64,000 bases of DNA from Amoebidium appalachense (Eukaryota > Protista > Ichthyosporea), in NCBI GenBank assembly GCA_963693365.1, contig CAVNZM010000003.1, positions 282,851 to 346,850 on the forward strand, read 5' to 3'. Under the pieces are notes generated by a model. That model did not search any database, was not told where the DNA came from, and saw only the letters and a list, made by a program, of their open reading frames with translations. Shown in pieces: positions 1-36,817 of the stretch (position 1 is the first letter of the stretch; every line of letters begins with the position of its first letter). The translations under genes were made by a program, and so were the position numbers.

Positions 1-20
1 CTTCGTTCAGTTACGTATTG

Positions 21-9787
<9,767 letters not shown>

Positions 9788-10140
9788 CCAGTTCTGTTGT
9801 GGAGGCATAGCATGTGTGTCGCCTGCACATGTCCTTTTTTTCGCTGGTTTGTGTCCATGCTGTGTCCTCTTAAAACACCGGAATCACCCATTATACTCGT
9901 TCCTTCTGCACTTTTTGCAACTAACATGTGTGTTGTATCGTCCGCCGTCAACGTGTGTGTCATACTTTTTAACACATCCTAAGCACCCCACCCCCCATCT
10001 CCCCGTCCCCCCCCCCCCCTTCCCCCCGGGCCCCTTCCTCTACTTTTCAGCTCCAGACAGGCAACTCTTTCTACTTACCTTTTTTGTTACTGTGTTTTTT
10101 GCTTACTTACTTTGTTATTTATTTTTCCCTTACACTGCAG

Positions 10141-14582
<4,442 letters not shown>

Positions 14583-15594
14583 AGTGCATAGTATGTGGTT
14601 GTAAATCTTTTGAAGGCCCTGATTATCAGATATGTTCTTCTTCTCTCTAGTAATGCAAATACATTAGCTCTAACGTATGTCACCTGCATAAACACTAGGA
14701 TTAGGAATTAACTACTAGAAAGAATAATTTCTCGATTGCGCATCTTGTATGGAAAATGCCTAAAAAAGGAAATCGTACATATGAGAAAACCAAACCATTG
14801 CTATCGGGAACAATGGCGGCATGGACCTAAATGCGAGCATGTCTATACACAAACTGTTTTTTTCTAAGGCACAACCGTAGCTTGTCTATAGACGCTGCCT
14901 AAAAAAAGCAGCACAGTATGTGGGCCACCTGAGCCATATCAGGTTTATATCGGTTGGCAAAAAATTTAAGCAACAAATGCTTGGATACTTAGTCTTAGTG
15001 TATGTGGTTTGAAGTTTCGACATAAAAATATAGATGGCCAAATCGGCAATAGCATGGTAACTCATAAATTGACAAATAATAGAGAACCACATTGGTAGTA
15101 CATAATAACGCATAATAGATAACCACATCGTTAGTGCATAGTATGATAGCTCATAATTCAACACGTAAACAGACAGCTACATCGGTAACAGTATTATTTA
15201 TAGCTCATAATTCTCACTCCGTATGCATGTAAGTATGGCAGTTGATATAGCTTCAAGGGGCCCATATCACTTGATAGCCCCAATAGCTTTATGTACATAA
15301 AACACGCTAGTATGTTCTACAGGAGAATAAAGATTCCCCTGCAGCGTATCTTCTTGCCTCCCTCCCTTCCCCCCCCCCCCCCCCCCCCTCCCCCGGGCCC
15401 CCCCACCCCTCTCTCTCGCGAGACCCACCGCCACCACCACCACCACTTCCACCACACACCCGAATTTGCATGCACGTGCACACGATCACACACAGCAACA
15501 CACATGCGCGCACAAATGCTCAGGACACACATGTGTGCGCGCATACACACACACACACGCGCGCGCACGCGCGCGCTCACACGCACACGCAGTG

Positions 15595-15627
<33 letters not shown>

Positions 15628-16918
15628 CACGTACTGGCACATGTACGGCACGTATATAAGACACAAGACACAAACGTGGCACACACATGTACATCTGCAC
15701 GCAGAGTGCCAGTATGCGGAGAAGCTTGGTATCGTGCAACGCCGCAACTTGAATAATGATTCGTCTGATTAGTACTATATGTAATCATCAATATTTATTC
15801 TGTCTCTTTTTCTTAAATGATTCAACGGATGGGTCACTCAATTTAATTTACCAGATCTAGAAAAAGCAATTCAGATACCCCAAGCTCCACACCACTTCAT
15901 ACGATTCAATACTGCCTACATAGGTTTACATAACAATCAATGAATCATATCATATTTCATGTTTTCTATTCCCAAAGCGGTTGCAATGGTGGACTTGTTT
16001 GTTTTGCCCCTCCTCCCACTTCCCTGCCCCCTCTCCCCGTCATTCCCCTTCCCCTCTCCACCCCCCACATCCGATGGACGCGGCCTGCTATCTTCCCCAC
16101 CCTCACCCCCCTCAACTGACTCTGTATCCCAACCTTCCCTGCTGCTTGTGTCTTTTTCCTCGTTTTTACCTTTCCCCTTTCCTCCTTATGTTAAAGGTAA
16201 CCACCACCGCCGCTGCCACAACACGTGCTGTTGTTACCACGTCTTGCTTGCTTCTTTGGGGCGGGGGGGAAGAGGGGGGGGGGGGGGGAAGGGGGGGGGG
16301 GGGGGGGGGGGGGGGAGGGTCCCAGCACGGGCACCTACCAAGATATATTCTGTTATCCATCAGACCCTTGAGAAAAATTGGGCGGCTAGCCTTCCCCACC
16401 CACACCACACTCGCGTTTCTGACTCGGTCGAGATAATTGTCGCTTGGTTGATTGCATTATCAAATAACTTCTACGAAGAATTTATCCGTCACAGCTAACC
16501 ATTGCACAATTTCATACAACCCGGGTGTTCTCCGCGGCCGTGTTTTCTTTTTTGGCGTTTCGTCAGTTAGAGAAAGATTGTTTTTGCCTACGGTCATTCT
16601 GCTAGCACGGTTTGATGTGGTGCGAGGGGTTGCTGACTGGATATAGATGATGTCACTGAGATTGATGGGGAAGGTGGAGGTGAACTCATTCCAGAGCACG
16701 GTAGAGTAATTGCGAAGAAGACCTATTTCCACGAGCACTGCATGATAGAGAAAACAATTTTTGGTTAGAAATGGTTGCATAGGGATTGAGTGCAGTAAAA
16801 TTAGCACCAATCTTTATTGTATCAGATAGCAGGTGAATTGATGTACGAGTGAGCATGTATGCTTTGGTGTTTGGTTTCTTCTTTTCTTTTTCTTTTTTTT
16901 TTTTTTTTTTTGGGGGGT

Positions 16919-16954
<36 letters not shown>

Positions 16955-17289
16955 GGGAGGAGGAGGGGGGAGAATTGAACGGGAAAAGGTGAAACTCTGG
17001 TTCTTTACAACCTCACTTCTATCAAGTAACCACGTATCGTTTGACCAAAACCCCGTCATCCCCCCCCCCCCCCCTCCTCCCCGCCCCGCCCCGTCCCTCT
17101 TTCCTCCCCCCCCTCCCCCCCCCTTTCCGTGTCCCCTCCTCCTATCCCCCCCTCCTCCCCCCCTCCCAATGGCCATCCTCCCCTCTCTCCCTCTACCGTT
17201 CCCCCCTTTCCCAGCGTCACCACCCCAACAGCTCTTATCCCAAATAACATGTAACTTGAAATTTGAAGGAGGGTTTGTACCTCCGCATA

Positions 17290-17531
17290 CAGATACCGTC
17301 CGCGAATAAGAACCTCCGCCAACAAGATTTCGCCCCCCGGCAAAATCGGTTTTTTTTAAGATTCTGCCCCCCGCCGCCAGTTTTCCGGGATGATCTTATT
17401 GGTGGACGGACGAATAAGTCATACTGAATGGGGCCCCCACCATTAATATTTTGACCCCGACCCCCCCAAAAAATTTAGGATTCCGCCACCCGGCCACATT
17501 TTGGGGGGTTCTTATTCGCGGACGGTATCTG
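17290..17531. mobile_element. MITE, 242 bp, Tc1/mariner-type
   Basis: Perfect 25-bp TIR CAGATACCGTCCGCGAATAAGAACC at 17290 with its reverse complement ending at 17531; TA on both sides (17288-17289, 17532-17533); no coding capacity. Confidence 0.88.
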
Positions 17532-17717
17532 TACGTCATCCCGTGTATTTCATCCTTTCTTCCAGGCAGAATCCATGAGGGCAGAGTCTGGTTTGCCCGT
17601 CACAGGGTAACATGCGGTGTCGACGGACGCACAGTACGCAGCCCTGGATGTGCCCGCTGTGTGTGTGGGTGTGTGGTGGTGGTGGTGGTGGTGGGGGGGG
17701 GGGGGGGGGGGGGGGGG

Positions 17718-17755
<38 letters not shown>

Positions 17756-17876
17756 AGGGGGACAAGGGGGGGGATGGGGGGGGGGGGGATGGGGTGGAGA
17801 GGGAGGAGAAGCGAGGGGGGGTATTTGTGTGTTTGTATGCTTTTTTGGGGGGGGGGGGGAAAGGGGGAGGGTGGGA

Positions 17877-17951
<75 letters not shown>

Positions 17952-19267
17952 GTATGTGCATGTGTATGGTTGGTTGTTTTCGGGCGTGTTTTTTTGTGAG
18001 AGGGATTTAAGGCACCAGGTGGTGTATGCAACAGTGATAGGCCTATCCTTGGCCGACATGGTGTCCCCCTCCCCCCTCCCTCCCACCCCACCCCCCTCCC
18101 CCCTCCCCCCTCCCCCGGGCCTCCCCCCCGCCCCCCTCCCTCCTCCCCCAACACACCCCACCCGCGCCTGCCCGCCTTCCCGCACACCCGCCCGCGCGCA
18201 CCCCCGCCCCGATTTTCAGCCTGCCTGGGATTTATGGAAATGGCCAAAGCCAAAACTTTCGGCTACATGTACACAAAACATGCTCCAAATATCCATTGAG
18301 ACGCCTAGGAACAGCTTTAAATTAAATTTATTATTCCTTTAGATTCTAATGCACTAATATACCAGATTCCGAAAAATAATTATCATAAGTGAAATCCCTG
18401 CCTGCAGTGATGATGGGAACTTCTTTTTTATGGTAACTTCGCAGCTTGCCAAAACCAATGAGAATGCAAACAGACAACTGGGTGTGGTCATGCATTGATG
18501 GCCGAACAAAGTAACTGCTATCCCCTCTAAAGCCATAGCTGCACCCTATCCAAGATAACCCCCCACCGGCCCCTCTCCAATTCCCGATATCCATTCCCAA
18601 TCTCCCCCCCCCCCCCCCCCCCCCCCTTCCCCCCTACGCCTTCTTCCCCATTTTCAATCCCCAATCGCCCCTCCTTCCCCTCCCCTTCCGCCGTTCCTTC
18701 CAAACCAAAAAGATTTGGTTGAGCATGCGCACTGCCCTTAGACAGCGGATAGCGAGTTCCATTACCAACCGTGAACAGTTATTCCCTTAAAGTGAGTTAA
18801 TATAAAAGTTTAATATAAAAAGCACCCATCATTTCCCACCGACAACTAACCAGCCATTTAGTAGCCTGCAGAAACCAATGATTATTAATAATTCAATGGA
18901 AGAGTGAACATGTATTTGTTTACACACATTCTACAAACACGGGCATACCGGAGCTGCAGATATGATGATGGGATGCCTCGAGCTCGCTGTCCGCAAGTTG
19001 CAATCGCACTTAGGTAAGACAGAGTGGATTTGGTAATTGTTATATAGTCAATATTGGCCCAGGGGGCAGCTGCGTTCGGTTTTGTGGGCCGGGGACGAAC
19101 CCCTCAAGATCCCCCTCTGAAATGGCCCTCCGTGACACGGTCGATTAGTGTTCGTTAAATTTCCCCATGAGTGCATGCATGCGACGCAGCTGCGTGTGAT
19201 GCATGCGTGCGTGGCGCGTGTTTGTGCGTAACCCAGTAGGTGTGTGTGCGTGTTTATGAGTGGGTGC

Positions 19268-19296
19268 ATATATACATATATATATATATATATATG

Positions 19297-19358
<62 letters not shown>
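19268..19358. repeat. (TA)n microsatellite
   Basis: Directly visible, with two small interruptions. Confidence 0.95.
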
Positions 19359-19361
<3 letters not shown>

Positions 19362-19904
19362 AGTGCATCGTTGCTATGTGTGTGAGGCCGCCTGAGTCAG
19401 CTGACACTCAGTCTCCCGAGTTTTGGCTAAAAATAGCGCATAATTTAATCTACAAATTAGCATCGGGGTTTTATAACCAAATGTGGAGTGCTGTTATCAG
19501 CTATTAGATCCCTTGGTTGTGATTGGTGTCCCTGTAGAATGGTGCAAATCTAATGGTAATCACTAAAACAGCAGGCATCACTATGTAATATAATTCCTGA
19601 CCCAGCAGCATGATGAAGGAATGAACAAACAACGAAGACATGCAGCTTTAGTTGTATATAGTCTTTCTTTATATACAGCTGCAGTAAATATGCACAGTAT
19701 TCATATGAGGATGGACATAATGCCAGCTCTAATCTCATTATTTAGGTTACATGGATCTGATCAGTTATTTACCCCTCTCTGATGCCGTAACAACACTTGG
19801 CTTGCCCAAGAAAAGCTGGCTCACGGTGTTCGCTCTGTCAGAAACAACCCAATTTTTCGTTTATCTCTTTTCGGCATCATCCTTGTTTCAATCTAACATC
19901 GAAA

Positions 19905-25891
<5,987 letters not shown>

Positions 25892-26584
25892 TGGGTTTGT
25901 ATGCAGGTGTGTGTGTGTGAGGTGAGAACGTGAGGGGATTAGAAAACGGATGTGTTCAAGTTTGTGTGGGTGGGTGGGTTTGTGTGTGTGTGTGTACGTG
26001 TGTGTACGTGTGTGTACGTGTGTGTGTGTGGTGCGTGCACCTAGCGTAAAAGTTAAGGACGTGTTGAACTTCTCACCCTCTGGTAATCTTTGATAAATAT
26101 CTAAACTTGAATATATGAACAAAGCGTAATGCCTAGAATGGTGTGATAATGCTAACGCATTAATAAACCGACAGATGTTGGTGTCAAACCAGCCGTTGAT
26201 AGTTAGAAGGGTCTACCCCTTACCTAGGCGCGTTGAACTGTGAATAAAGAAACCTATGACATGTATCAACTGCTTCATCCCCTCTGGTGATGGGCTCTGT
26301 TCAAGTGTCTTCTGTCTGCACGCTTAAATTGTTTATTTTGGATTTCTAATTTTTTTGCGACGTTTTTCTGTGTCTGTTTGTTGTCTCCTCCGTATATCCA
26401 ATTAACCCTCTAACACATACATCCCCCCCCCCCCCCCCCCCCCCCCCCCCGGCCCCTTTCCCTCAGAGCTTTTCTAATGATCGATCAATCCGACATGCCG
26501 ATTGGTGCGTTACCACGTATCAGTTTTTCCCGGGAACCCCCACCAGAGCTATCACATGCATTTCCCCCTACTCTGTACCACATA

Positions 26585-26624
<40 letters not shown>

Positions 26625-26627
26625 ATG

Positions 26628-26745
26628 AGATGACTTGGGCAACGCCTGAGGACGGGCTCCGCTTAATATGCATACTGTTTATGTGTGCATATACTCTGGA
26701 TTGTGTTGTCCGTTGTGAACTTCAGTGTGTACTTCGTCTCCATAA
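26628..26745 (+). repeat. Dispersed ~110-bp repeat; diverged relatives at ~24920-25015 (+) and ~63460-63575 (-)
   Basis: Shared core resembling gaggaYgggctc..ctta..atgcatactgtttatgt...tgtgtt.tccgt...gtgtacttcgt in all three places, aligned by eye. Confidence 0.7.
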
Positions 26746-28080
26746 CACTTTCCCACCACCCTGCCCTCCCATACTCCCCACCAAACGCAACGCAGACCCA
26801 AAAACTTCCCTTTTGCGTAGGACGACTGTTAAGCCTATTTGTCTGGAATGTGCCTCCTCCCTGTATCCTTACCCATCAACCACTCTTTCCGAAGGGCCCA
26901 CCTTTCGCATTACCGAAGTTGGCCCTTTCCCCTTCACCGTTCCTGAATTCACCGGAAGGAATTCATAGACTTAAACAAAAAAAAGAAAGTGGCCTGTCCA
27001 TGAATATATTAGAGAGTCGTGTGTGTGACTGTGCGTGCGCGTGTATGTGGTGTTGTGGTGGAATTGTTGGTCGTGTGCGGTGGTGGTGGTGGTGGTGTGT
27101 GTCCACAAGTGTGTGTGTGTGTGTGTGTGTTGGGGGGAGAGGGAGGGGGGGGGGGGGGGGGGGGATTAAACCCGCATGCAATCAACTAATGCACAAGAGC
27201 TCCCCCGCCCTTCCCCCACTCCCACAATCAAGCTGGTGAAAATTGTTTCTGCCATAACTGTACGGGTTGTGGTCTTTCGGTTGGGTGACCTGTCCACACT
27301 CAAGTTGCCAACCTGTACGCTTACACATGCACGTGTATGCTGGGTGCTCTTGGAGTTTAATTGGTCTATAAAACGACCATTCTCTCTCCCGCCGAAATTT
27401 AGGTTGCAAGAGTCACCCCCAAACATGCTTTGCTAATTGATATTGATGCAGTACACGGCTCACGATGTGTTGAAAACATCGAAAGGTTGCCGCCCAAACA
27501 ACTAAAGGTGCATGCTCCTTCATAGAGGTCCCCCACCTACCTATTTGCTGGAGATAACGTGCACAATGATGGTGAGGGCTGTGGCTTGAAGGGTGTGGGC
27601 GTGTGTGTGTGTGTGTGTGTTTGTTTGTCTTTGTGCGTGTGCGTGCGTGTGTGTGTGTCTTTGTGCGTGTGCGTGTGTCTTTGTGCGTGTGCGTGTGTCT
27701 GTGTGTGTGTGTTGTGTGTGCGTGTGTTTGTCTTTGTGCGTGTGTGTGTGTGTCTAGTGTAAATTGTTTTGACAATCTCATCATTGATCATAATCATAAA
27801 CGGTTAAACCGAGCCCCTCATCAAAGAAGCTTGCCTGCAACAATTGCAGTGGGTCGCGTTAGTAGTAGGTAATGATGGTAGTGGTTGCCGGGGGGGAGGA
27901 GGGGGAGGACGGGGGGGGGGGGGGGAAGAGGGGGGAGTTTTGTGTACATATATATGTGTGTGGATGTTTCGGTGTTGATTTCCGTTTTGAATACACGCGC
28001 CGCGGCTCCCCTGGGGGGTGACGTGGGGGGGGGGAGGGGAGGATTGGAGAGAGTGTGTACATGTGTGTGTCTGTATGTGT

Positions 28081-28111
<31 letters not shown>

Positions 28112-28587
28112 GGGGGAGGGTGGCGGAGGGGAATGAGTTTATGGTTAACAATAGGGACGCAAATCTAGTTACGTGTAAGGATAGGCACGCAAAGGGCTTA
28201 ACTCCAAATGACGCGCTGATATTATCTTTTGGGACCACCAACAGAAACAAGCGCCGGTGTATTTCCTTTTACTCCTGTACATGTCACTTAACTATAATGT
28301 TATTTATTAGCAGTATAAAACCCTCATTTTTTCTAACTGAGCTTATTAGTTACTTATGCAAGACCCGTTATCTGGTACGTATTATGTACAGTAAAGCTAT
28401 TGAAGTTGGAAATGAAGAGGTTGCCATTCTTGGCTGAATGGCTGACCGAATGACCCCATCAAGCCACACTCGGAGTCACAAGAACACTACTGTAACAACT
28501 ATCTACATCTCAACTGTATATTTTCATATCATCACTAATGCAAACACACCCAAATGTTTATGTACAAATCCAAATTAGCACGCTTCA

Positions 28588-28684
28588 ACTCTTCCTCGTC
28601 TCTGCGTACGATGCAAGCCAACTCTTCCTCCTAGATCTCTGCGTACGATGCAAGCCAACTCTTCCTCCTCTCTACATACGATAG
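28588..28684. repeat. Short imperfect tandem repeat (caactcttcctc..ctctgcgtacgatgcaagc, about 2.5-3 units)
   Basis: Directly visible. Confidence 0.8.
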
Positions 28685-28735
28685 AAGCGGATCCGCAAAA
28701 TCGAAATGCAATAATTTTCAACTCCACACCACCAA

Positions 28736-29131
28736 CTAGAAGTGCCCAAGCAACCCCTCCTGCCTCATTTGGTCAAAATATGCATCCTCATCCTCCATCA
28801 TTTCCTTCTGCCCGTATGTCATCCTCCCTTCCTCTTTGTCGAAAAGCTCGCTGTGCAACTCCCTCCGCTTGACATTCCTTCCATCTCCTTCCACCTGCAT
28901 CCGCCTCATTTGCGCAAAATCAAAGCCTGTTTCTCGCGCCGTCACTGCAGTGTCACGTGCACCCACCATGCGGTGTGCTATCACGTGTTCATTGATGGTG
29001 TTTTGGATGCTCTCAAGCCCGAAAAACGAGAGAGAAAAAACACCGACGAGAATCAAGGCACGTTTCAGAAACTCCGGCCGGCCACTTGAAGTAGTAGCAG
29101 AAAACGTATCCCCGCTGGTCCTGAGAGACAT
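28736..29131 (-). CDS. Hypothetical 131-aa protein with one N-terminal hydrophobic segment
   Basis: ATG-initiated, non-repetitive ORF (AAAATG context) with ALILVGVFSLSFFGL followed by a charged region; no recognised homology. Confidence 0.35.
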   Translation of the reverse strand: MSLRTSGDTFSATTSSGRPEFLKRALILVGVFSLSFFGLESIQNTINEHVIAHRMVGARDTAVTARETGFDFAQMRRMQVEGDGRNVKRRELHSELFDKEEGRMTYGQKEMMEDEDAYFDQMRQEGLLGHF

Positions 29132-29523
29132 TTTGCTGTCGTGCTTAGTAGTATGTATCGGTTGGAAAAGTGTTCGATCTACAATGTGTAATTTTGCTGT
29201 TAGTTTACGCTTTGGTGTGAATCTCCTTCCTGTATAGTTATAGTTTAGTTGTGGTTTTCAACCGTGGTGTGGCAGAAGGTTTATATTTCTCGTCAAGCCA
29301 GTAATTCTGTCGCCGAACCAAAACAGTAATACAATGATGCTTTGCGTTTGTACAGTGTAAGAATCCGGTACCACTGTATTCACAGCCTGTCTTCTGCAAG
29401 TAACACTATACTACTATAGTATACGGGCAACTGAATTTCAACTGAGTCTATGTTTCACACACACGCGAACTTCTGTTCGCATGAAACATGAGCGTGAAAT
29501 GGCCTGCTTATATAGAGGGCCTC

Positions 29524-31919
<2,396 letters not shown>

Positions 31920-32556
31920 ATTTTTTTAACGGAAGCAACCAATCAGAACATTTTCATGATTTTATGTCGGCCAATCAAATATGCCCATGTTTATGCACAA
32001 TATGCAAGCCGTTTGATTGGCTCCCTGGAATTCAATTGGTGCTTTCTAATCCAATCAGGTGACCGGCGTTGTTGACAATTGCCAAATATGGAAGGCTTCG
32101 GTGAGTCCCGATCCTATAGGAACCATTATGTACATTCCTCGAGCTCCCGCGGCAAGCTGAACGGGCGAATTGGTTGTGAAAACTCGAAAGTCTCCATTAG
32201 GGGATAGCCTAATGCTGTTGTATATGGGGGCCTTGGAAAGCTCTTGCACTTATATTCTGAAATACTTTTGTGCACAAGTTATTCCTCTACAACGCACACA
32301 AAAATGGTAGTGGCTTTGGCAAATTTGTTCACGGTTCGGCGCCAGAATTCGGATTCTATCTTCTGCGAATTGCCGCACCGCGGAGGCGTGTGTGTACATT
32401 TTATATGGCATGTGTGTATCAAAACGCCCAGCAGATACACCTACCACAGATGCACAACCAGAAAAACATCGCCTTAGAGTAAGCGCAACACCTATTCACA
32501 ATACACTACCCATTCAAAGTAACACCACACCACTCCGTAGAAACAAAATAACAACC

Positions 32557-33531
32557 ATGCCGAAACCTCCGGTTGATACAGTACTGGCAGAAGTTGCCCT
32601 CGTTAAGAAATAGCTAGATGAGCTGTTACCACTCAAGAACGTGATAGAAAAACTCCAAACAGAAACTGCCCAACTCAAGCTCACCGTTGATTCACTCACA
32701 GTCCAGCTAAACAGTAGTGGATCGGAAACCCCCAAAACTCATCAGCAAACATCTCGCGATGAAGACATTTTCACCCCAACACAAAACAACACAGGACCGG
32801 AAGCACAGCTCTCGGCAGAGTTCCTAGAATATGTGAATTCTCGTAAAACACCCGAGCTCCGCCAAATTGCCAAGGAAACATATGCCAGCATTCTTGCAGG
32901 CAACGAGTACCGCCACAACTCCCCTCCCAAACCGCCGGCCAAGGGGAACACCCAAGCAAACGGTAACATCAACATCCCACCCAAATACGAGAGGGTGTAT
33001 TTCAAAGTCAAGCACGGCAGACGCCCACACAGGGCCATGTGGTCCATCTTCAAGGCTCTCGGCCTCCGGTGCTCTCGCATCCTTTGTCTGTCCTTCCTTG
33101 GATACGACGTGTTGGAAGTAGCAGTACGGGGCGACTATAACCGCGCGTTCATCCGTGACGCGACAAAGGGGTGTGGAAGCTTGCTTCACCCACCTCCCAA
33201 GCTACGACCCATGCGCGCCGAAAACATTCAAAAAGCAGACAACGAACGTAAAGTGTCTGCTAAGAATGCGTGCGCCACACGCTGTCGTCTACGCATCAGC
33301 AAGGCAAAAGAGTTCCTCGCAAAGTTGGAAACCGATGCTACGAGCGTGATAGACACGGACACGAAGGAACCGATGTTTTCTGGTGAGAAACTATTCGAGC
33401 GCAAACGCCGATGCGAGATGGAAATCGAACTATTCTGCGAACTGTTCACGCTGGCGGAAGGTCGTGCATACGACCCCGTAAGCGACAAGTGGGAACCAAC
33501 CCCACAGGCGTCGGACCAAACCGATGCCTGA
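32557..33531 (+). pseudogene. LINE ORF1 (N-terminal coiled coil), one in-frame stop
   Basis: MPKPPVDTVLAEVALVKK*LDELLPLKNVIEKLQTETAQLKLTV...; the TAG at 32611-32613 is in frame with the 32641-33531 ORF; lies directly upstream of ORF2. Confidence 0.75.
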
Positions 33532-36500
33532 TTTATCCTTCTTCTTCTGGAATGCTCGGACACTGGGCCCCCAAAAGGGCCTCCCCCCCGGGACACTCGA
33601 CGATAAAATCAGCTACATACAACAATAGACAAACAACCACACGTTTACAGTGATTTGCGAAACACAGTTTAAAAACCATCACAAATTCAACTCTACATTG
33701 GTCGACACATCCACACACCCCGGTTATGCGAAAAACCGAGGCTTTATTGTACTTGCCGCGCCACACGTGAGAGTGAAGTGCAATCCCGTAGCAAAAACGG
33801 AATTCTCGGTTTCTGTAGATTTTCTTTCTAATGTTTTTACTTTTGTATATTACCCACCATCTATTTCGGTTGCCGAATTGACTCACGAGTTGTCACAGTT
33901 ACCAATGTCCACTGTTATTTTAGGTGATTTTAACATGCGACTCCACCACACAGACACACTGCAAGTGAGTGTCGGGTACCCATCTAAGCCCCCGGAGCGC
34001 GCTATCCCTTTAGCAAGGTATGTCCAAAGTCACACTTTGTGGTTCCCTCAAATATCCCATGCCCACAACACCGACTGGGGAGTGGCCTTTTGGCCATCAA
34101 CCATGTCAAAACTCTCTCTCCCTCCTAACCTCTCTAGGTCATCTGACCACTCTCCTATCCTTTTCCTACCTAAGATCTCCCTTGATCTGCTCCCTCCTCC
34201 TCCTCCCATATTCGCCTCCGTCTATCCCAGCTGAAGTCACAGTGGGGTAAAGTTGATGTATGTGTATGCTATGCAACGAAACACCCTAAAAATGTGTGCC
34301 TATTAGAATCTGCACAAGCCAGACCAGATTCACATCTCGTACTAGGTACATGCACTAACTTTATTGTTGATGATTTAATAGATCTCGGTGATTATGCTGG
34401 TGGTGGTAGGAAGGAATATCCCGATGCTCTCATGTTACCAAACACCACTCCCACTAGACTAGGTGAGCCCCTGTCTCAAAAGGAAAGCTTGCGCCGGCTT
34501 GCCAGTATGAATCGATTTGGCCCCCCTGCTCGTATTATTGGTGATACCACTGGAGACCCCCTCATAGACTCTGATAAGTGTTTCTCGGAATTGTTTAAAG
34601 ATAGGACCCCCGCTCAGAAACCTATTGTGTGGCCTGTAGATCCATCTATCCCCATAGAATCAATCCTCCCCTTTTTCAGTCCTGATACCATATGGTCTGT
34701 GATATCTAGTTATAGCTCTAGTAAGTCTTGTGGACCTGATGGACTTCCTGCCGGGTTTCTTAAAATCCTTGTTCCCTCCTACCCACAAAAGGAAAGTGAT
34801 CGTGCTATTAAACCTGATCTTACTATTATGTTAGGCTCTCTCTTTTCTTGGTGTGTTAAATGTGGACATGTCCCCGTCATCTTGGTTAAATACCTTGGTG
34901 ATCCCCATAGTTAAGAAGGACTCTGAGGGCCCCATATCATCTTTTTGCCCCATCACACTAACCCAGGTTATTCGTAGATTCTTTGAAGCTTGCTTACTTA
35001 GGTTATTTGCACCTCACCCTAGGTTTCAATCTATTCTTCACATACATGGGCCATGCCAATCCGCTTTTCGTAAGAACAATTCATTTTATGTTCAAATAAT
35101 GGCACTGCACGATTCTATGCAAGTTGGCGCACAATATGTTGGTTTTATAAATTGGAAAACTGCTTACGATTCTGTCTCCCCTGGTCTCCTATGGGAAAAG
35201 CTTGCTGCACGGGGTGTACCACACTTCATTGGTGTTTTGTTAGAAGCACTCTTGTCTCAAACCTATCGTAGAGCTGTGGTTAATGGGCACCTTTCATATG
35301 GTTTTGCTCGTACTAGAGGTCTCTTTCAGGGTTCATTTCTTACCCCCTTTTTGTTTAACCTATTTATAGATGATTTGGCTGTCAAGGTTTATGCCGAAAA
35401 TGATGACCCTATTAATAACTTTCCGTCTGCACTTCTCTATGCTGATGATCTGTCCCTCCTTGCCCGTACCCCTAGACGCCTGCAAAGATTGTTCGATGTA
35501 GTGTCAGAGTGGTGCAAGGCAAACCTTATGATCCTTAACATAGACAAAGGTGGTGTTCTGGTACCTGATATAGCTAACAATTTACACACATTTACATTAT
35601 CATCTAAACCTGTACCTATAGTTCCAGAATACAAATATCTTGGTGTTCCGGTTAATGCTGTTGGTGCCACGTTTTCCCATATGGTCGAAAAGAGGGTAGA
35701 GTTGGCTCGTAAGCGGTTAGCTTTCTTCTCGGCTAATAATTTTAAAGACACACCCCTCCATCCTTCTATTAGACTTACATTTATTCGCACTTTTGTCTTC
35801 CCGGCATGTGAATATGGTTTACCCCTTCTCGCCGCTTGGATCAAGAAAGAGAGAACTAGAGCGCTTAAACCCTTGGCAAATTTCCTTGAAGCAGAAGTTG
35901 CCTCCTTTCTATCTAATAACTGTTGTAAACCTGGGCCTGTAACGCTCTCGATATATGGTCTGGTCCCAATAGCTGCTAGAGTATCCCATCTCGCGCTGAA
36001 ATTCAATAAGCACATAAGCCGCTTAAAGAAGTATTTGCCCTCCCACCCTCTCGTCTGTATCCGACCTGTCCCCTCCTCACCTCTCCCCTCTTTCCTTCCC
36101 TCTCTCTCTCCTCTTCCCCCGGGCACAAATACAAATTTACCCCGCAAAAGTGTGCGTGTGACTTTGGACTGCCACTTACTTATTAGACATGTACACAATC
36201 ACAAGATAATTACGCAATATAACAAATGGAAAAAGATACCACACGACACCAGACCCGATGAAAGCATACACCTTGAAAAACTAAGCCTTGTGTCTCGTTT
36301 TATATATAATGACCGCCTTAACCATATTGCCAATTATGGCACTCGCAAACGTGTAACACCTGAATACATATTACCTTCCTGTAGAACTGGTCTTTCTCTA
36401 GCTGATGGTATTATTGATCACATACCACACTTTTACTGTGTGTACACACGTGCTATACAGTGGAGATCTAACAAGTATAAGGTGGCACCGTTTGCATGCC

Positions 36501-36726
36501 CAAACAACACACACACACACCATTTTAAACGGTCATGTATCGCCAAATGTAGTTTGATAGACCACATAATACCGCAACACACACATGTCACATTCACAAC
36601 AGACACCCAGAAAGATAGCCTACCTAAAAATAACAACATCCTTGATTTTATACTAAACACCGCGAAACTATGACCTGTTTATTAGATGTATTGATTGGCT
36701 TGAGAAACACATCATTACAAAATTCT

Positions 36727-36728
<2 letters not shown>
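33524..36728 (+). pseudogene. LINE ORF2 (AP endonuclease + reverse transcriptase + Cys/His-rich C-terminus), with a stop and frameshifts
   Basis: Starts MPDLSFFFWNART, overlapping the ORF1 stop by 8 nt; in-frame TAG at 33626-33628; APE motifs ICET, ILGDFN, SDHSPI; RT motifs KSCGPDGLP, PITL, QSAFR, AYDSV, GLFQGS.L.P.LF, YADD (35438-35449), YKYLGV. Frameshifts near 34200-34290, ~34870-34910 and ~36668. Confidence 0.9.

Positions 36729-36817
<89 letters not shown>

Noticed and set aside
14918-15267. Weak inverted repeat pair suggesting an old MITE
   Set aside because: Several mismatches in ~24 bp and no clear TSD.
26870-27545. Minus-strand exon-like segments
   Set aside because: No consistent frame or recognisable product; stops in all frames of the larger piece.
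32611-33628. TAG reassigned to Gln, suggested by two in-frame TAGs in the LINE
   Set aside because: The metacaspase ends in TAG exactly at the expected C-terminus, and the LINE also has frameshifts, so decay explains them.
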